DNA of 56,227 nt from positions 1 to 56,227 of the forward strand of contig CASFRI010000033.1 in assembly GCA_949297055.1 (NCBI GenBank). Direction: 5' to 3'. Numbering within the stretch: the first letter of the stretch is position 1; every line of letters begins with the position of its first letter. Origin of the DNA: an uncultured bacterium. Lineage in GTDB: Bacteria; Bacillota_I; Bacilli_A; RFN20; CAG-826. The position numbers and the translations under genes are program-made. A model generated the notes under the pieces. That model saw nothing but the letters and a program-made list of their open reading frames with translations. It searched no databases and had not been told where the DNA came from. This document shows positions 7,888 through 16,637 of this stretch, one piece after another.

Positions 7888-9206
7888 ATAGTAAAAAATT
7901 GCTCGCTTTAGCGAAAGATTATGGTTTAGAAGAAGTTTCTTTCGCTTTCTTAAAATCTAAAAGTGTCGCGGTTTCTTTATATCATCATGAAATCGATACT
8001 TATCAAAATGAAACAGTCGACAATTGTTTAATTAAAGGTGTCTATCGTGATCATTTCGCAAGTGTGTTCACTAATAAGATGGATGAGGCTAATGTTAGAA
8101 AAGCTTACGAAGAAGTAAAACTAAGTGCTTCGATGTCAGAAAAAGAAGAAAAGCCGATCATCTTTGCCGGTTCACCTAAATATAAAAGACGTAACATGTT
8201 TGTCAAAGAATTAGATGAAACACCACTAGACGATAAGATTAATCTTATTAAAGAAATCGAAAATAAGTTAGAGAAGGCTGATCCTCGCATCATTAACGTC
8301 GCCGGTGTCTCTTACGAAGAAAGTTCTTCTTCCACTACTCTTGTTAATTCTAAGGGCTTAAATGTGAAAAAAGGCGGAAACTATTTTGTCATCTTCGCCG
8401 ATGTCATGGCGAAGGGAAACGATGAAAAAGTAAGAGATTATTACGGTTATGCTTTCGGTAGTAGTTTAAAAGAATTCGATGTCGATGCCTTCGTCGATAA
8501 GATTAAAGATGGCGTCATCGCTAAGCTTGATGCGAAAAGCATTAAATCTAAAAAATATCCGACCATCCTTGCGCCGAGAGTCACTTCGACTTTCCTCAAA
8601 GTTTTAGTGGGTTGGTTAAATGCTGAAAAAGTGCAAAAACATACTTCGAAATTAGAAGGTAAATTAAATGAACAAGTCATCTCTAAGAAAGTGACGATCA
8701 TCGAAGACCCACACGTAAAGAATTTCTTCTTTTCACCTTTCGATGATGAAGGTGTCGCGACGATTAAGAAAGTCTTATTTGATAAAGGTGTGGCTAAAAC
8801 TTATTTATATAACTTAGAAACAGCCTATAAAGATAACGTCGAATCGACTGGGAACGCTTCTGGTTTATCTAACGTTGGAATTGGTACTTCTTTCTTGATG
8901 TTAAAACCAGGAAAGAAGAGCGAAGAATCACTAATAGAAAATATTAAAGAAGGGGTTTACATCACCGAAGTGAAAGGTTTACATTCTGGTTTAGACACCA
9001 CAAGTGGAGACTTTTCTTTAGAGGCGGATGGCTTTTTAATTGAAAACGGAAAGAAGACCACTTCATTAAGTGGTATCGCCATTGCCGGAAATGTATTGCA
9101 ATTATTTAAAGATGTTATAGGCGTAGCCTCTAACGCTACATTGAATGTAGCAGGAACTTCTACTTCTTCGATAAGAATTAAGTCTCTTCAAGTGTCAGGA
9201 GAATAG
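7884..9206 (+). CDS. pmbA: TldE/PmbA metalloprotease partner
   Basis: ATGA overlap with the tldD stop, and GGAGGAAAA RBS at 7869..7877. I trimmed the track ORF from 7818 to the MNSKKLL start. Confidence 0.85.
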   Translation: MNSKKLLALAKDYGLEEVSFAFLKSKSVAVSLYHHEIDTYQNETVDNCLIKGVYRDHFASVFTNKMDEANVRKAYEEVKLSASMSEKEEKPIIFAGSPKYKRRNMFVKELDETPLDDKINLIKEIENKLEKADPRIINVAGVSYEESSSSTTLVNSKGLNVKKGGNYFVIFADVMAKGNDEKVRDYYGYAFGSSLKEFDVDAFVDKIKDGVIAKLDAKSIKSKKYPTILAPRVTSTFLKVLVGWLNAEKVQKHTSKLEGKLNEQVISKKVTIIEDPHVKNFFFSPFDDEGVATIKKVLFDKGVAKTYLYNLETAYKDNVESTGNASGLSNVGIGTSFLMLKPGKKSEESLIENIKEGVYITEVKGLHSGLDTTSGDFSLEADGFLIENGKKTTSLSGIAIAGNVLQLFKDVIGVASNATLNVAGTSTSSIRIKSLQVSGE

Positions 9207-9210
9207 GAAA

Positions 9211-9783
9211 ATGAAAGACAAAGAAAAGAAAACTAAGAAGAAACGTGAATTTACTCTCTGGAAAGAGTTTAAAGCATTCATTAGCCGCGGCAATATTTTA
9301 GACCTCGCTGTTGGTGTTGTCATCGGTACTGCGTTCACCACAATCGTTAACGCTCTTGTCCAACAAATCTTAATGCCTCTAATCTCAATCGCTGTTCCAG
9401 GTGGTTTAGAAGGTTTAGTCACTGTTTTAAATCCTACCGAAGCGTTAGCGACAGCCGATACCGCGAACACGGTCGAATATTGGGATGTCCTTTACAATGC
9501 TGATACGGTTAACGTCATCAACTGGGGTACATTTATTAACGCTATCATCAACTTCTTACTCATCGCTATCGTCTTATTTACGATTGTAAAAATTGTTAAT
9601 AGTGTGACGAAGGCTCGTAAGAGATTTGAAGAAAAGATGAGAGAAGAATACCTTAAGAAACATCCAGAAGAAAAAGAAGAACCAGCGCCCGCACCAGCAC
9701 CCGCGCCAGATCCAAACATCGTCTTACTTACGGAAATTCGTGACTTATTAAAAGCTCAACAAGAAGAAAAGACGAAGAAATAA
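9211..9783 (+). CDS. mscL: Large-conductance mechanosensitive channel MscL, with a long loop and a Pro-Ala-rich C-terminal tail
   Basis: FKEFKAFISRGNILDLAVGVVIGTAF is the MscL N-terminal signature. Confidence 0.85.
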   Translation: MKDKEKKTKKKREFTLWKEFKAFISRGNILDLAVGVVIGTAFTTIVNALVQQILMPLISIAVPGGLEGLVTVLNPTEALATADTANTVEYWDVLYNADTVNVINWGTFINAIINFLLIAIVLFTIVKIVNSVTKARKRFEEKMREEYLKKHPEEKEEPAPAPAPAPDPNIVLLTEIRDLLKAQQEEKTKK

Positions 9784-9801
9784 TTATTACTAATAATTAA
9801 T

Positions 9802-9836
9802 AAAAGGACTAGCGATTGACCGCTGGTCTTTTTTTA
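9802..9836 (+). terminator. Bidirectional rho-independent terminator between mscL and the convergent ATPase gene
   Basis: Stem GACTAGCG / CGCTGGTC (one G-U pair) with a 6-nt loop, followed by T7 and preceded by an A-run. Confidence 0.75.
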
Positions 9837-9837
9837 T

Positions 9838-11241
9838 TTAATCTAGGTTAAACATCGTATTTAAATCGATGAGATGTAATTTATCGTCTTTAACATCTAA
9901 AATTGCATCGTTAAATCCGTTCGCACCAAATAGATAAAATTCGATGTTTTTATATGGTTTAAATATTTCGGCTGTCGAATTTTCAAGCATTCTTTTATAA
10001 TCGCCTAAACCACGTTTTTGTTTAGAAAATTTTGTTTCCGCTATCAAGATATTTTCTTCTGTCGCAGCGACGATATCAATTTCTACTGTCCTTTGTAAAG
10101 TTAGAGATTTAAATGCAAAGCTTTGAAAAGAAGTATAAACATCATTTAATCGCATGTTCTTACTTAAATATTCAAGATAAGTTAAACATAATTTTTCAAA
10201 GGCGTGATTCATAAATTCTTCAATAGCGTTCTTAAGTTTTAATTTGATAGCTTTACCAAATCCGTTTCGAATAAGTTCGCGGTTCGCTCTAATGAAGCGA
10301 TAATAAAACGCTAGCATGGGGTCTAATATCTCATATTTGACGTTTTTACTATTTTGAAAAGAATTTCTTTTGATGATGACATGATCTTCGAGTAATTCTT
10401 TTAAATATTTACTAATTTTAGCACTTTCCGTCATAAGATTTGTGGCTAATTCTTTCACTGAATCATGCCCTTCAGCGATATGGCTGATTAAAGAAGCATA
10501 TAAGCCACTTGTAATAATATTACTAGTGATGACTTTACTTGGGTCATCGATGAAAATGGCGTCGATATTAAAAAATAAATTGTCGAGATTTTCATCGAAA
10601 CTTTTCTTTGGATTGATGAGAGATATGTAATAAGGAAAGGTATTAGTAAGACATAATAATTTAGCTTTTTCTAAGTTGTCTTCGACATCTTTTAAACCTA
10701 ATAAGGCTTCATTAAACTCAAATTTATCTAAACGTAAAGAAAAAGTATTCCTTTGATATAAAGGAGCCTTACTATCGACAATTTCTTTACTAAGAAAGGA
10801 GACGTTAGAGCCCGTTAACACTAAGGTGAATTTCCTTTTGAAAAATAATAAATCGATAGCTTTTTGTAAGTTCGAATCAAAATCAGTTCTTTTCCTTTTC
10901 CCATCTCTTCCTACGATAATATTAGGAAATTCATCTATACAGATGATTGCCTTATCATCACCCACATATTTATCGAGTGCTTGAAAAAAAGTAAACCAAT
11001 TAGGATAAACACCAACGGAACCAGTCACTTCATTTAAGGTAGCAGAAAAAGACTCTAATATATCGATATCAGCGGAATCGGTCGCATAGAAGATTAAGTT
11101 TTTCTTATCTTTAGTAAACATAGACAATAAGGTCGTTTTACCAATACGCCTTTGCCCGTAAATGTAGCCAAATTCAAATGTATCGCTTTCGTAACGTCGA
11201 TTTAATATTTCTAATTCTTTTTTTCGCCCATAAGCTTGCAT
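9838..11241 (-). CDS. ATP-binding protein of the archaeal-ATPase / DUF234 type
   Basis: YGRKKELEIL...IYGQRRIGKTTLL is a Walker A. I moved the start to the ATG at 11241, 5-6 nt after AGAGGTGA. Confidence 0.7.
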   Translation of the reverse strand: MQAYGRKKELEILNRRYESDTFEFGYIYGQRRIGKTTLLSMFTKDKKNLIFYATDSADIDILESFSATLNEVTGSVGVYPNWFTFFQALDKYVGDDKAIICIDEFPNIIVGRDGKRKRTDFDSNLQKAIDLLFFKRKFTLVLTGSNVSFLSKEIVDSKAPLYQRNTFSLRLDKFEFNEALLGLKDVEDNLEKAKLLCLTNTFPYYISLINPKKSFDENLDNLFFNIDAIFIDDPSKVITSNIITSGLYASLISHIAEGHDSVKELATNLMTESAKISKYLKELLEDHVIIKRNSFQNSKNVKYEILDPMLAFYYRFIRANRELIRNGFGKAIKLKLKNAIEEFMNHAFEKLCLTYLEYLSKNMRLNDVYTSFQSFAFKSLTLQRTVEIDIVAATEENILIAETKFSKQKRGLGDYKRMLENSTAEIFKPYKNIEFYLFGANGFNDAILDVKDDKLHLIDLNTMFNLD

Positions 11242-11263
11242 GCATATCACCTCTTTAATTAGA

Positions 11264-11293
11264 GTAACTACGTTGTTAGTAACTACGTTGTTA
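11264..11293. repeat. Perfect tandem duplication of the 15-mer GTAACTACGTTGTTA in the ATPase leader
   Basis: Units at 11264..11278 and 11279..11293. They lie between a putative minus-strand promoter (TTGAAA, 16 nt, TAAAAT) and the RBS. Confidence 0.8.
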
Positions 11294-11367
11294 ATATAAT
11301 TTTAGCATGTTTTTTCTCTCTTTCAACAAAAAGTAAAAATGTGGCGTTTTTTTCTTAGTGTTTTTAT

Positions 11368-11398
11368 TAAAAATAAAAAACGCTCCCGCGGGAGCGTC
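11368..11398 (-). terminator. Rho-independent terminator
   Basis: Stem ACGCTCCCGCGGGAGCGT, followed on the minus strand by TTTTTTATTTT. Confidence 0.85.
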
Positions 11399-11403
11399 AT
11401 TTC

Positions 11404-12519
11404 TTATTTTGTGTCGCTTAGTTTCCAATCAGGATGTGCTTCGTTAATCTTTTCTTTAGCAAGATTAAATAATAATGTTTCTGTAGCTTTTCTTGAATCT
11501 AAACAACGTTTCATCGCTTTTTCTTTACGATTTAAGCAATACACTACTTCACCTAAAGAATCATCTAATAAACCAGCAATTAACATGTAGGCTCTAAGCG
11601 ATTCCATCGAATTATCTTCTGCAAAGAATCTTCTTACTTCAAGGCTAACGTTTTCTTCATAATACGTTTTTACTTCTTCAATAGGTTTAATAAGAAGTAA
11701 CATGAATAATTTTTGGGCTAAGGCTCTTCTTGCAGTTTTAATAGGAACGTTTTCTTTATTTTTTAAAATATTGTCAATAATTTCGATCGCTGGTTCATAT
11801 TCACCTTTCGCTAAATATTGATAAACTGTTAAGAAATTAACTTCTGAAGTATAAGGGGTAATTTCATCAAAAACTTTAACTTGAATATCTTTATTACCAA
11901 GTCTAGCTTCATCTTTTAAACGTAACATTTCATTAAATGCTTCTAAGTTAATAGCCTTATTACCTAAAAGGTAAAGTCTATAACCATCATTTGTGTGATC
12001 TAGTTGCACTGGAACGATTTGATAAATCGCAAACATCCCACCTACCGCTAAGATGACGATAGGGAAGAAATTCCATTCAGTCATAGGAGTGATGTAATAG
12101 AAAAGTAAAATTGCCGCGACCGCTTCTAAAATGAAGAATAATGTTCCACCAAAAAGATAAGGTTTAGGATTTGATTTTTCACTTTTTGGAGCAATTTCAG
12201 TTTGACCTAAAAAACCATCCATTCCTTTAAGTCTAAATTTCCATTTGTTCTTTTCGTTGCGATATAAATTGAAATAAAGAATGTTCACACTAGTGATTTT
12301 ATAACCACCAATTTTTGCTCCGACAATATGACCTAGTTCAAATAAGATGGAATTGATAACTAAGCCAGAAGCAATCGCGCCTAAGGTAAAGGGCCACGCC
12401 ACAGTTTGTGGAGTGCTAAATTCTTTGAATGCTGGAGCTAAAATAGCAAAGCCCACCACCGCCGCCAAGGCGATAAAGATGACGTAAACAATAAGCGATG
12501 CAATATCTGATGTTTTCAT
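11404..12519 (-). CDS. Polytopic membrane protein with a C-terminal soluble helical region
   Basis: Several hydrophobic segments. I moved the start to the MKTSDIA ATG, 8 nt after AAGGAGAA. Confidence 0.6.
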   Translation of the reverse strand: MKTSDIASLIVYVIFIALAAVVGFAILAPAFKEFSTPQTVAWPFTLGAIASGLVINSILFELGHIVGAKIGGYKITSVNILYFNLYRNEKNKWKFRLKGMDGFLGQTEIAPKSEKSNPKPYLFGGTLFFILEAVAAILLFYYITPMTEWNFFPIVILAVGGMFAIYQIVPVQLDHTNDGYRLYLLGNKAINLEAFNEMLRLKDEARLGNKDIQVKVFDEITPYTSEVNFLTVYQYLAKGEYEPAIEIIDNILKNKENVPIKTARRALAQKLFMLLLIKPIEEVKTYYEENVSLEVRRFFAEDNSMESLRAYMLIAGLLDDSLGEVVYCLNRKEKAMKRCLDSRKATETLLFNLAKEKINEAHPDWKLSDTK

Positions 12520-12681
12520 AATTTTATTCTCCTTAAGATGAGTGACATCTCTCATCTATACGTGTAGAGTGTTTATTAACTTAAGAAGACAATTTATTAT
12601 AAACTAAATCTTTTTTTGTGCCTATATATTTAAATTTTAATTCTTTAACTTCTCTATATTTAAATGGAAAATGCTGGGAAT

Positions 12682-13218
12682 TTAAGCATTTAAAAATTTC
12701 ATTTTCTTCACTAATCTCACAATTTCTTCGTGTGCGAAAAGCTTTTTAATATCTTCGAATGATTTTTTTAATCGATTATCTCTTAAGTAAAGTAAATAGG
12801 TACTTGATAAAGCACCTGAAAAATATTTAGCCACTAATAATCTTTTTTCTAATCTTAAATCGGGATATTTATTAGTGATGTAACGATTGAAAAAATAAGT
12901 ACTTGAAGAAGTGATGAATTCTTCTAAATTCGTCGCTAGTTCGCTTTCGATGATAGCTTTAATAAATCTTTCATTTTCTAAACGATACGTTTCTAGAACG
13001 TTTAAGAAATCTTCCACTGACGAAGATTTATCTAATTTAGTTTTTAAATCATCGATTAATATCCAAGCGACAAGATCTTTTAAATCGCGGAAGTGATAAT
13101 AAAAAGATTGTTTAGATTTATCAATTTGCATCGCTAAAAAAGAAGGAGAAATATCTTCGATATCTTTATTCTCTAAGGCTTTTTTAAAAGTAATTTTAAA
13201 TAGTTGTTCAGTTTTCAT
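12682..13218 (-). CDS. TetR/AcrR-family transcriptional regulator
   Basis: The N-terminal FKKALENK...ISPSFLAMQIDKSKQSFYYHFRDLKDLV is a TetR-type HTH pattern. Overlaps psuG by 4 nt. Confidence 0.7.
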   Translation of the reverse strand: MKTEQLFKITFKKALENKDIEDISPSFLAMQIDKSKQSFYYHFRDLKDLVAWILIDDLKTKLDKSSSVEDFLNVLETYRLENERFIKAIIESELATNLEEFITSSSTYFFNRYITNKYPDLRLEKRLLVAKYFSGALSSTYLLYLRDNRLKKSFEDIKKLFAHEEIVRLVKKMKFLNA

Positions 13219-14114
13219 AATTTAGTTAATTCTAACGCAATCTTTGCGCCTAGATGCGCGTTATTTTTTACTAAGGCAATATTAGCCTCAAGCGATTCTC
13301 CTTTTGTCATAGCAACAATTTCTTTTAATAAAAAAGGTGTTTCTTCTTTCCCTTTTATACCTAACTTATTCATCTTTTCTATTGCTTTATTTATGACTTC
13401 ATCCATCTTATCTTTATCTAAAGCATATTGTTCTGGAATAGGATTAGTGACTAACACTCCATTAGACAAAGATAAATCTTTTTGGGCTTTAATAATTTGA
13501 GCAATGAATTTTGGGTCTTTTGTGTGATATTCTAAAGGAATATTGGAACTACGTGAATAAAAGCAAGGCAAAGTGGAAGTATTATAACCTAACACTAAGA
13601 TACCTTTTGTTTCTAAATATTCCATTGTTAGATTTAAATCTAAAATAGCTTTTGGTCCAGCACATACTACGCACATATCGGTCTTACTTAATTCATCTAA
13701 ATCCGCGGATATATCAAAAGTTGAAGTCGCTCCGCGGTGCACCCCTCCAATACCGCCTGTAACAAAGACTTTAATAGACGCTAAAGAGGCAAGGATCATC
13801 GTCGCGGCGACTGTGGTCGCACCCCAAGATTTAGAAGCTATGACGTAGCCTAAATCACGTCTTGAAACTTTTAAGATACCTTTTCTTTTACCAAATTCTT
13901 CAATTTCTTCATGATTCATTCCGATGATTGGTTCACCATCAACGATACCAATCGTCGCAGGAACCGCTCCTTCATCTTCAATGATTTTTTCTACTTCTAA
14001 CGCTACTTGAACATTTTGAGGATAAGGCATGCCATGGCTTATAATTGTCGATTCTAAAGCGACGACAGGCTTATTATTGTTTAAAGCATCTAAAACTCTA
14101 CTGGCGATTTTCAT
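13215..14114 (-). CDS. psuG: Pseudouridine-5'-phosphate glycosidase
   Basis: VVALESTIISHGMPYPQN and a full-length YeiN/PsuG-like sequence. Confidence 0.85.
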   Translation of the reverse strand: MKIASRVLDALNNNKPVVALESTIISHGMPYPQNVQVALEVEKIIEDEGAVPATIGIVDGEPIIGMNHEEIEEFGKRKGILKVSRRDLGYVIASKSWGATTVAATMILASLASIKVFVTGGIGGVHRGATSTFDISADLDELSKTDMCVVCAGPKAILDLNLTMEYLETKGILVLGYNTSTLPCFYSRSSNIPLEYHTKDPKFIAQIIKAQKDLSLSNGVLVTNPIPEQYALDKDKMDEVINKAIEKMNKLGIKGKEETPFLLKEIVAMTKGESLEANIALVKNNAHLGAKIALELTKL

Positions 14115-16599
14115 ACTTTTTCCTCCTAATAATTTTAACGTTATGAAAAATTAAATCCAAAATGACGTAAAAGGCCGCACCCGCCAGTGTAAGAAACACT
14201 AAGATGAGCCAAGACCAAGTTGAGAAATAATCAAAAGAAGTATTTAATAATGGCCATTTTAAAATGTTTATCACAAGGAACGCTACCGCTCCAACAACGC
14301 AAATAGTAACGTATAAGATAAAACGATATAAATTGAAGGGTAAGCATCTTCTAAATAAATAAACCGCACTAATGATAGTCATATAAACAGTAGACATCGT
14401 AAGAGCGATAGAAGAGTCAATAGCTAAACCAGTATTCACGACATTAAAATTATCAAGTAGGGTGAATAAATAAATAATTGTTACACCACTTGCGATAGCA
14501 ATCGCTCCTGGGAAAGCATTTCTTAAAGTGTTTTTGGTAAATGCACCTTGTATAGACTTAGTGTTCGTTTGTAAAGCGAGGAAGAAAGAAGCTACACCAA
14601 TTGTTAAAAATTCCCAGACGTAGAAATTATTCGTCATAAATGGAAAGGAAATATCTACTCCTTCAAAAGGAATTGTCGCTAAACTTGCAATAGTGAATAT
14701 GAAAGTAATAAACATGGCAAAGAACGTTTTAACTAAGAATAAAGAATTCGTCGATTGTAGATTATTAATAACTTGTCTTCCTTGCCCCACAACCGCCGGT
14801 AAAGAAGCAAAATTTGAATCAAGCATAACAAAGTGGGAAGCTTTCTTAGCGGCATCCGCTCCATTGGCCATAGCAATTGAACAATCGCTAGATTTAAGAG
14901 CGAGAATATCATTAACCCCATCCCCTACCATCGCCACTTTATGACCTTTATTTCTAAGCGCCTTAATGATCGCTTCTTTTTGTTCTGGGCTAACGCGAGC
15001 AAAGACGACATATTCGCTTGCGATTTTACTTACTTCTTCGATGCTTAAATTTTCTAAAGACACGGCTTTTTCGGCGTTTTTTAATCCTACGCGTCTTGCA
15101 ATCTCGCTTGCAGTATTCACATTATCGCCACTTATTATTTTTACTTCAACGCCATTATCGTCATACCATTTTAACGTCTCTTTCGCATCGTCTTTAATAT
15201 GATCTTCTAAAATTATTAATCCTAATGGAATAACTTCATCTTTATTTAGTTCTTTTGCCTCTTTCAATTCTTTATTTAACTTTGCAAATAGTAATACACG
15301 ATAGCCGTGACGTGTTTGATTATCTACTTCCGCTTTTAAATTATCTTTGTTTAAATTACAAACCATTTCCGGCGCGCCTAAAATGAAAGTTTCATCCTTT
15401 TTAAAAGACGCAAAAGAAAATTTAAATTCACTAGAAAAAGCAACGTAACGAAGTGGAGATTTAGCTTCATTTAAAGGAAAATAAGATTTTAAAGCAAGGC
15501 CAGTGAAATTAGGGTGATTATCTAAATGGACGTAGTGAGCGATATCTTTTTTAATATCTTCTTCTTTATTTTTTCCTAATGGAATTAAAGTTTTAACATT
15601 CATTTTTCCATCTGTTAAAGTACCGGTTTTATCAATGCACAAAGTGTCAATTCTTGCAAGCATTTCAATACCGTAAAGTTCTTGCACAAGCGTGCGTTTT
15701 TTTGCTAGGCGAATAACCCCTACCGCTAAGGTTAAAGATGTTAATAAATACATACCTGAAGGTATCATAGCCACAAGTGATCCTGCGGTTTGAGCAATAC
15801 TTTCTTTAAAAGTTACCTCATTAACATAATCACCGCTAAAATAGTTCGCAGTAATCATTAAAATAGCTAAAAATAAAATGATTATAGAGATGACTCTAAA
15901 TAAAAATTGTAAAGATTTTAAAATTTCTGATTTAGGTCTTCTAAATTCGTGTGATTTCTTTTCTAAGTCAGTTGCGTAATTTGCGTCTTTAACTTTGTTA
16001 ACTTTCGCATAACAACTACCGCTTCTTATGTAAGAACCAGCGAATAAAAAGTCTCCTTTTTCTTTTTTGATTGCTTTTGATTCACCGGTTAATAAAGATT
16101 CATCGACGTTTACTAAGCCATCAAGAACTTCACTATCGCAAGGAATTTGAAGACCGCTAGAGAGGATGATAATATCATCTAAAACAATCTCATCGACATT
16201 GATTTTTATCTTTTGACCATTTCTTATCACTTCTATATCTGGGCTGATGACAATCTTTAATTTTTCTACAAGCCTTCTTGCTTTAATATCTTGATATAAG
16301 CCAATGCCCATATTTAAAAATAAGATGACGAGGAAAAATAAAGAAGAATAAGCTTCCGCATATATTAAAAGACCAGCGATGACAAAAAGTAAAATATTAA
16401 ATAATGTTAAAACATTATCTTTAATAATGCGGAAATAAGATTTCGTCGATTGTTTTTTTGTTTTATTAGTTAATTTTTGTTTTTGCCTAATTTCTATTTG
16501 ACTATCGTTTAAACCTTGATCAATAGCCACATCAAAGCGTTCAACACTAGCGATTAGTTCTTGTGTGGATTGTTTTTGATACTTTTGAAAATGACACAT
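14098..16599 (-). CDS. P-type (HAD-IC) cation-translocating ATPase with an atypical TM4 motif
   Basis: DKTGTLT phosphorylation motif, TGES, and GDGVNDILAL. TM4 reads IPSGMY where P2 pumps have IPEGLP. Confidence 0.85.
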   Translation of the reverse strand: MCHFQKYQKQSTQELIASVERFDVAIDQGLNDSQIEIRQKQKLTNKTKKQSTKSYFRIIKDNVLTLFNILLFVIAGLLIYAEAYSSLFFLVILFLNMGIGLYQDIKARRLVEKLKIVISPDIEVIRNGQKIKINVDEIVLDDIIILSSGLQIPCDSEVLDGLVNVDESLLTGESKAIKKEKGDFLFAGSYIRSGSCYAKVNKVKDANYATDLEKKSHEFRRPKSEILKSLQFLFRVISIIILFLAILMITANYFSGDYVNEVTFKESIAQTAGSLVAMIPSGMYLLTSLTLAVGVIRLAKKRTLVQELYGIEMLARIDTLCIDKTGTLTDGKMNVKTLIPLGKNKEEDIKKDIAHYVHLDNHPNFTGLALKSYFPLNEAKSPLRYVAFSSEFKFSFASFKKDETFILGAPEMVCNLNKDNLKAEVDNQTRHGYRVLLFAKLNKELKEAKELNKDEVIPLGLIILEDHIKDDAKETLKWYDDNGVEVKIISGDNVNTASEIARRVGLKNAEKAVSLENLSIEEVSKIASEYVVFARVSPEQKEAIIKALRNKGHKVAMVGDGVNDILALKSSDCSIAMANGADAAKKASHFVMLDSNFASLPAVVGQGRQVINNLQSTNSLFLVKTFFAMFITFIFTIASLATIPFEGVDISFPFMTNNFYVWEFLTIGVASFFLALQTNTKSIQGAFTKNTLRNAFPGAIAIASGVTIIYLFTLLDNFNVVNTGLAIDSSIALTMSTVYMTIISAVYLFRRCLPFNLYRFILYVTICVVGAVAFLVINILKWPLLNTSFDYFSTWSWLILVFLTLAGAAFYVILDLIFHNVKIIRRKKYENRQ

Positions 16600-16637
16600 A
16601 AATTACTCTTATTATTATACATAATATTAAGATAATG

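Noticed and set aside
9661-9720. The Pro-Ala repeat (PAPAPAPAPDP) in the mscL 3' region as a DNA tandem repeat or contingency locus.
   Set aside because: Codon usage varies between repeats, so there is no perfect nucleotide repeat. It is most simply a flexible linker.
11404-12519. A site-2 / M50-like metalloprotease call based on LFELGHIVG.
   Set aside because: The first His of HExxH is replaced by Phe, and I see no second metal-ligand motif. I kept it as a generic membrane protein.
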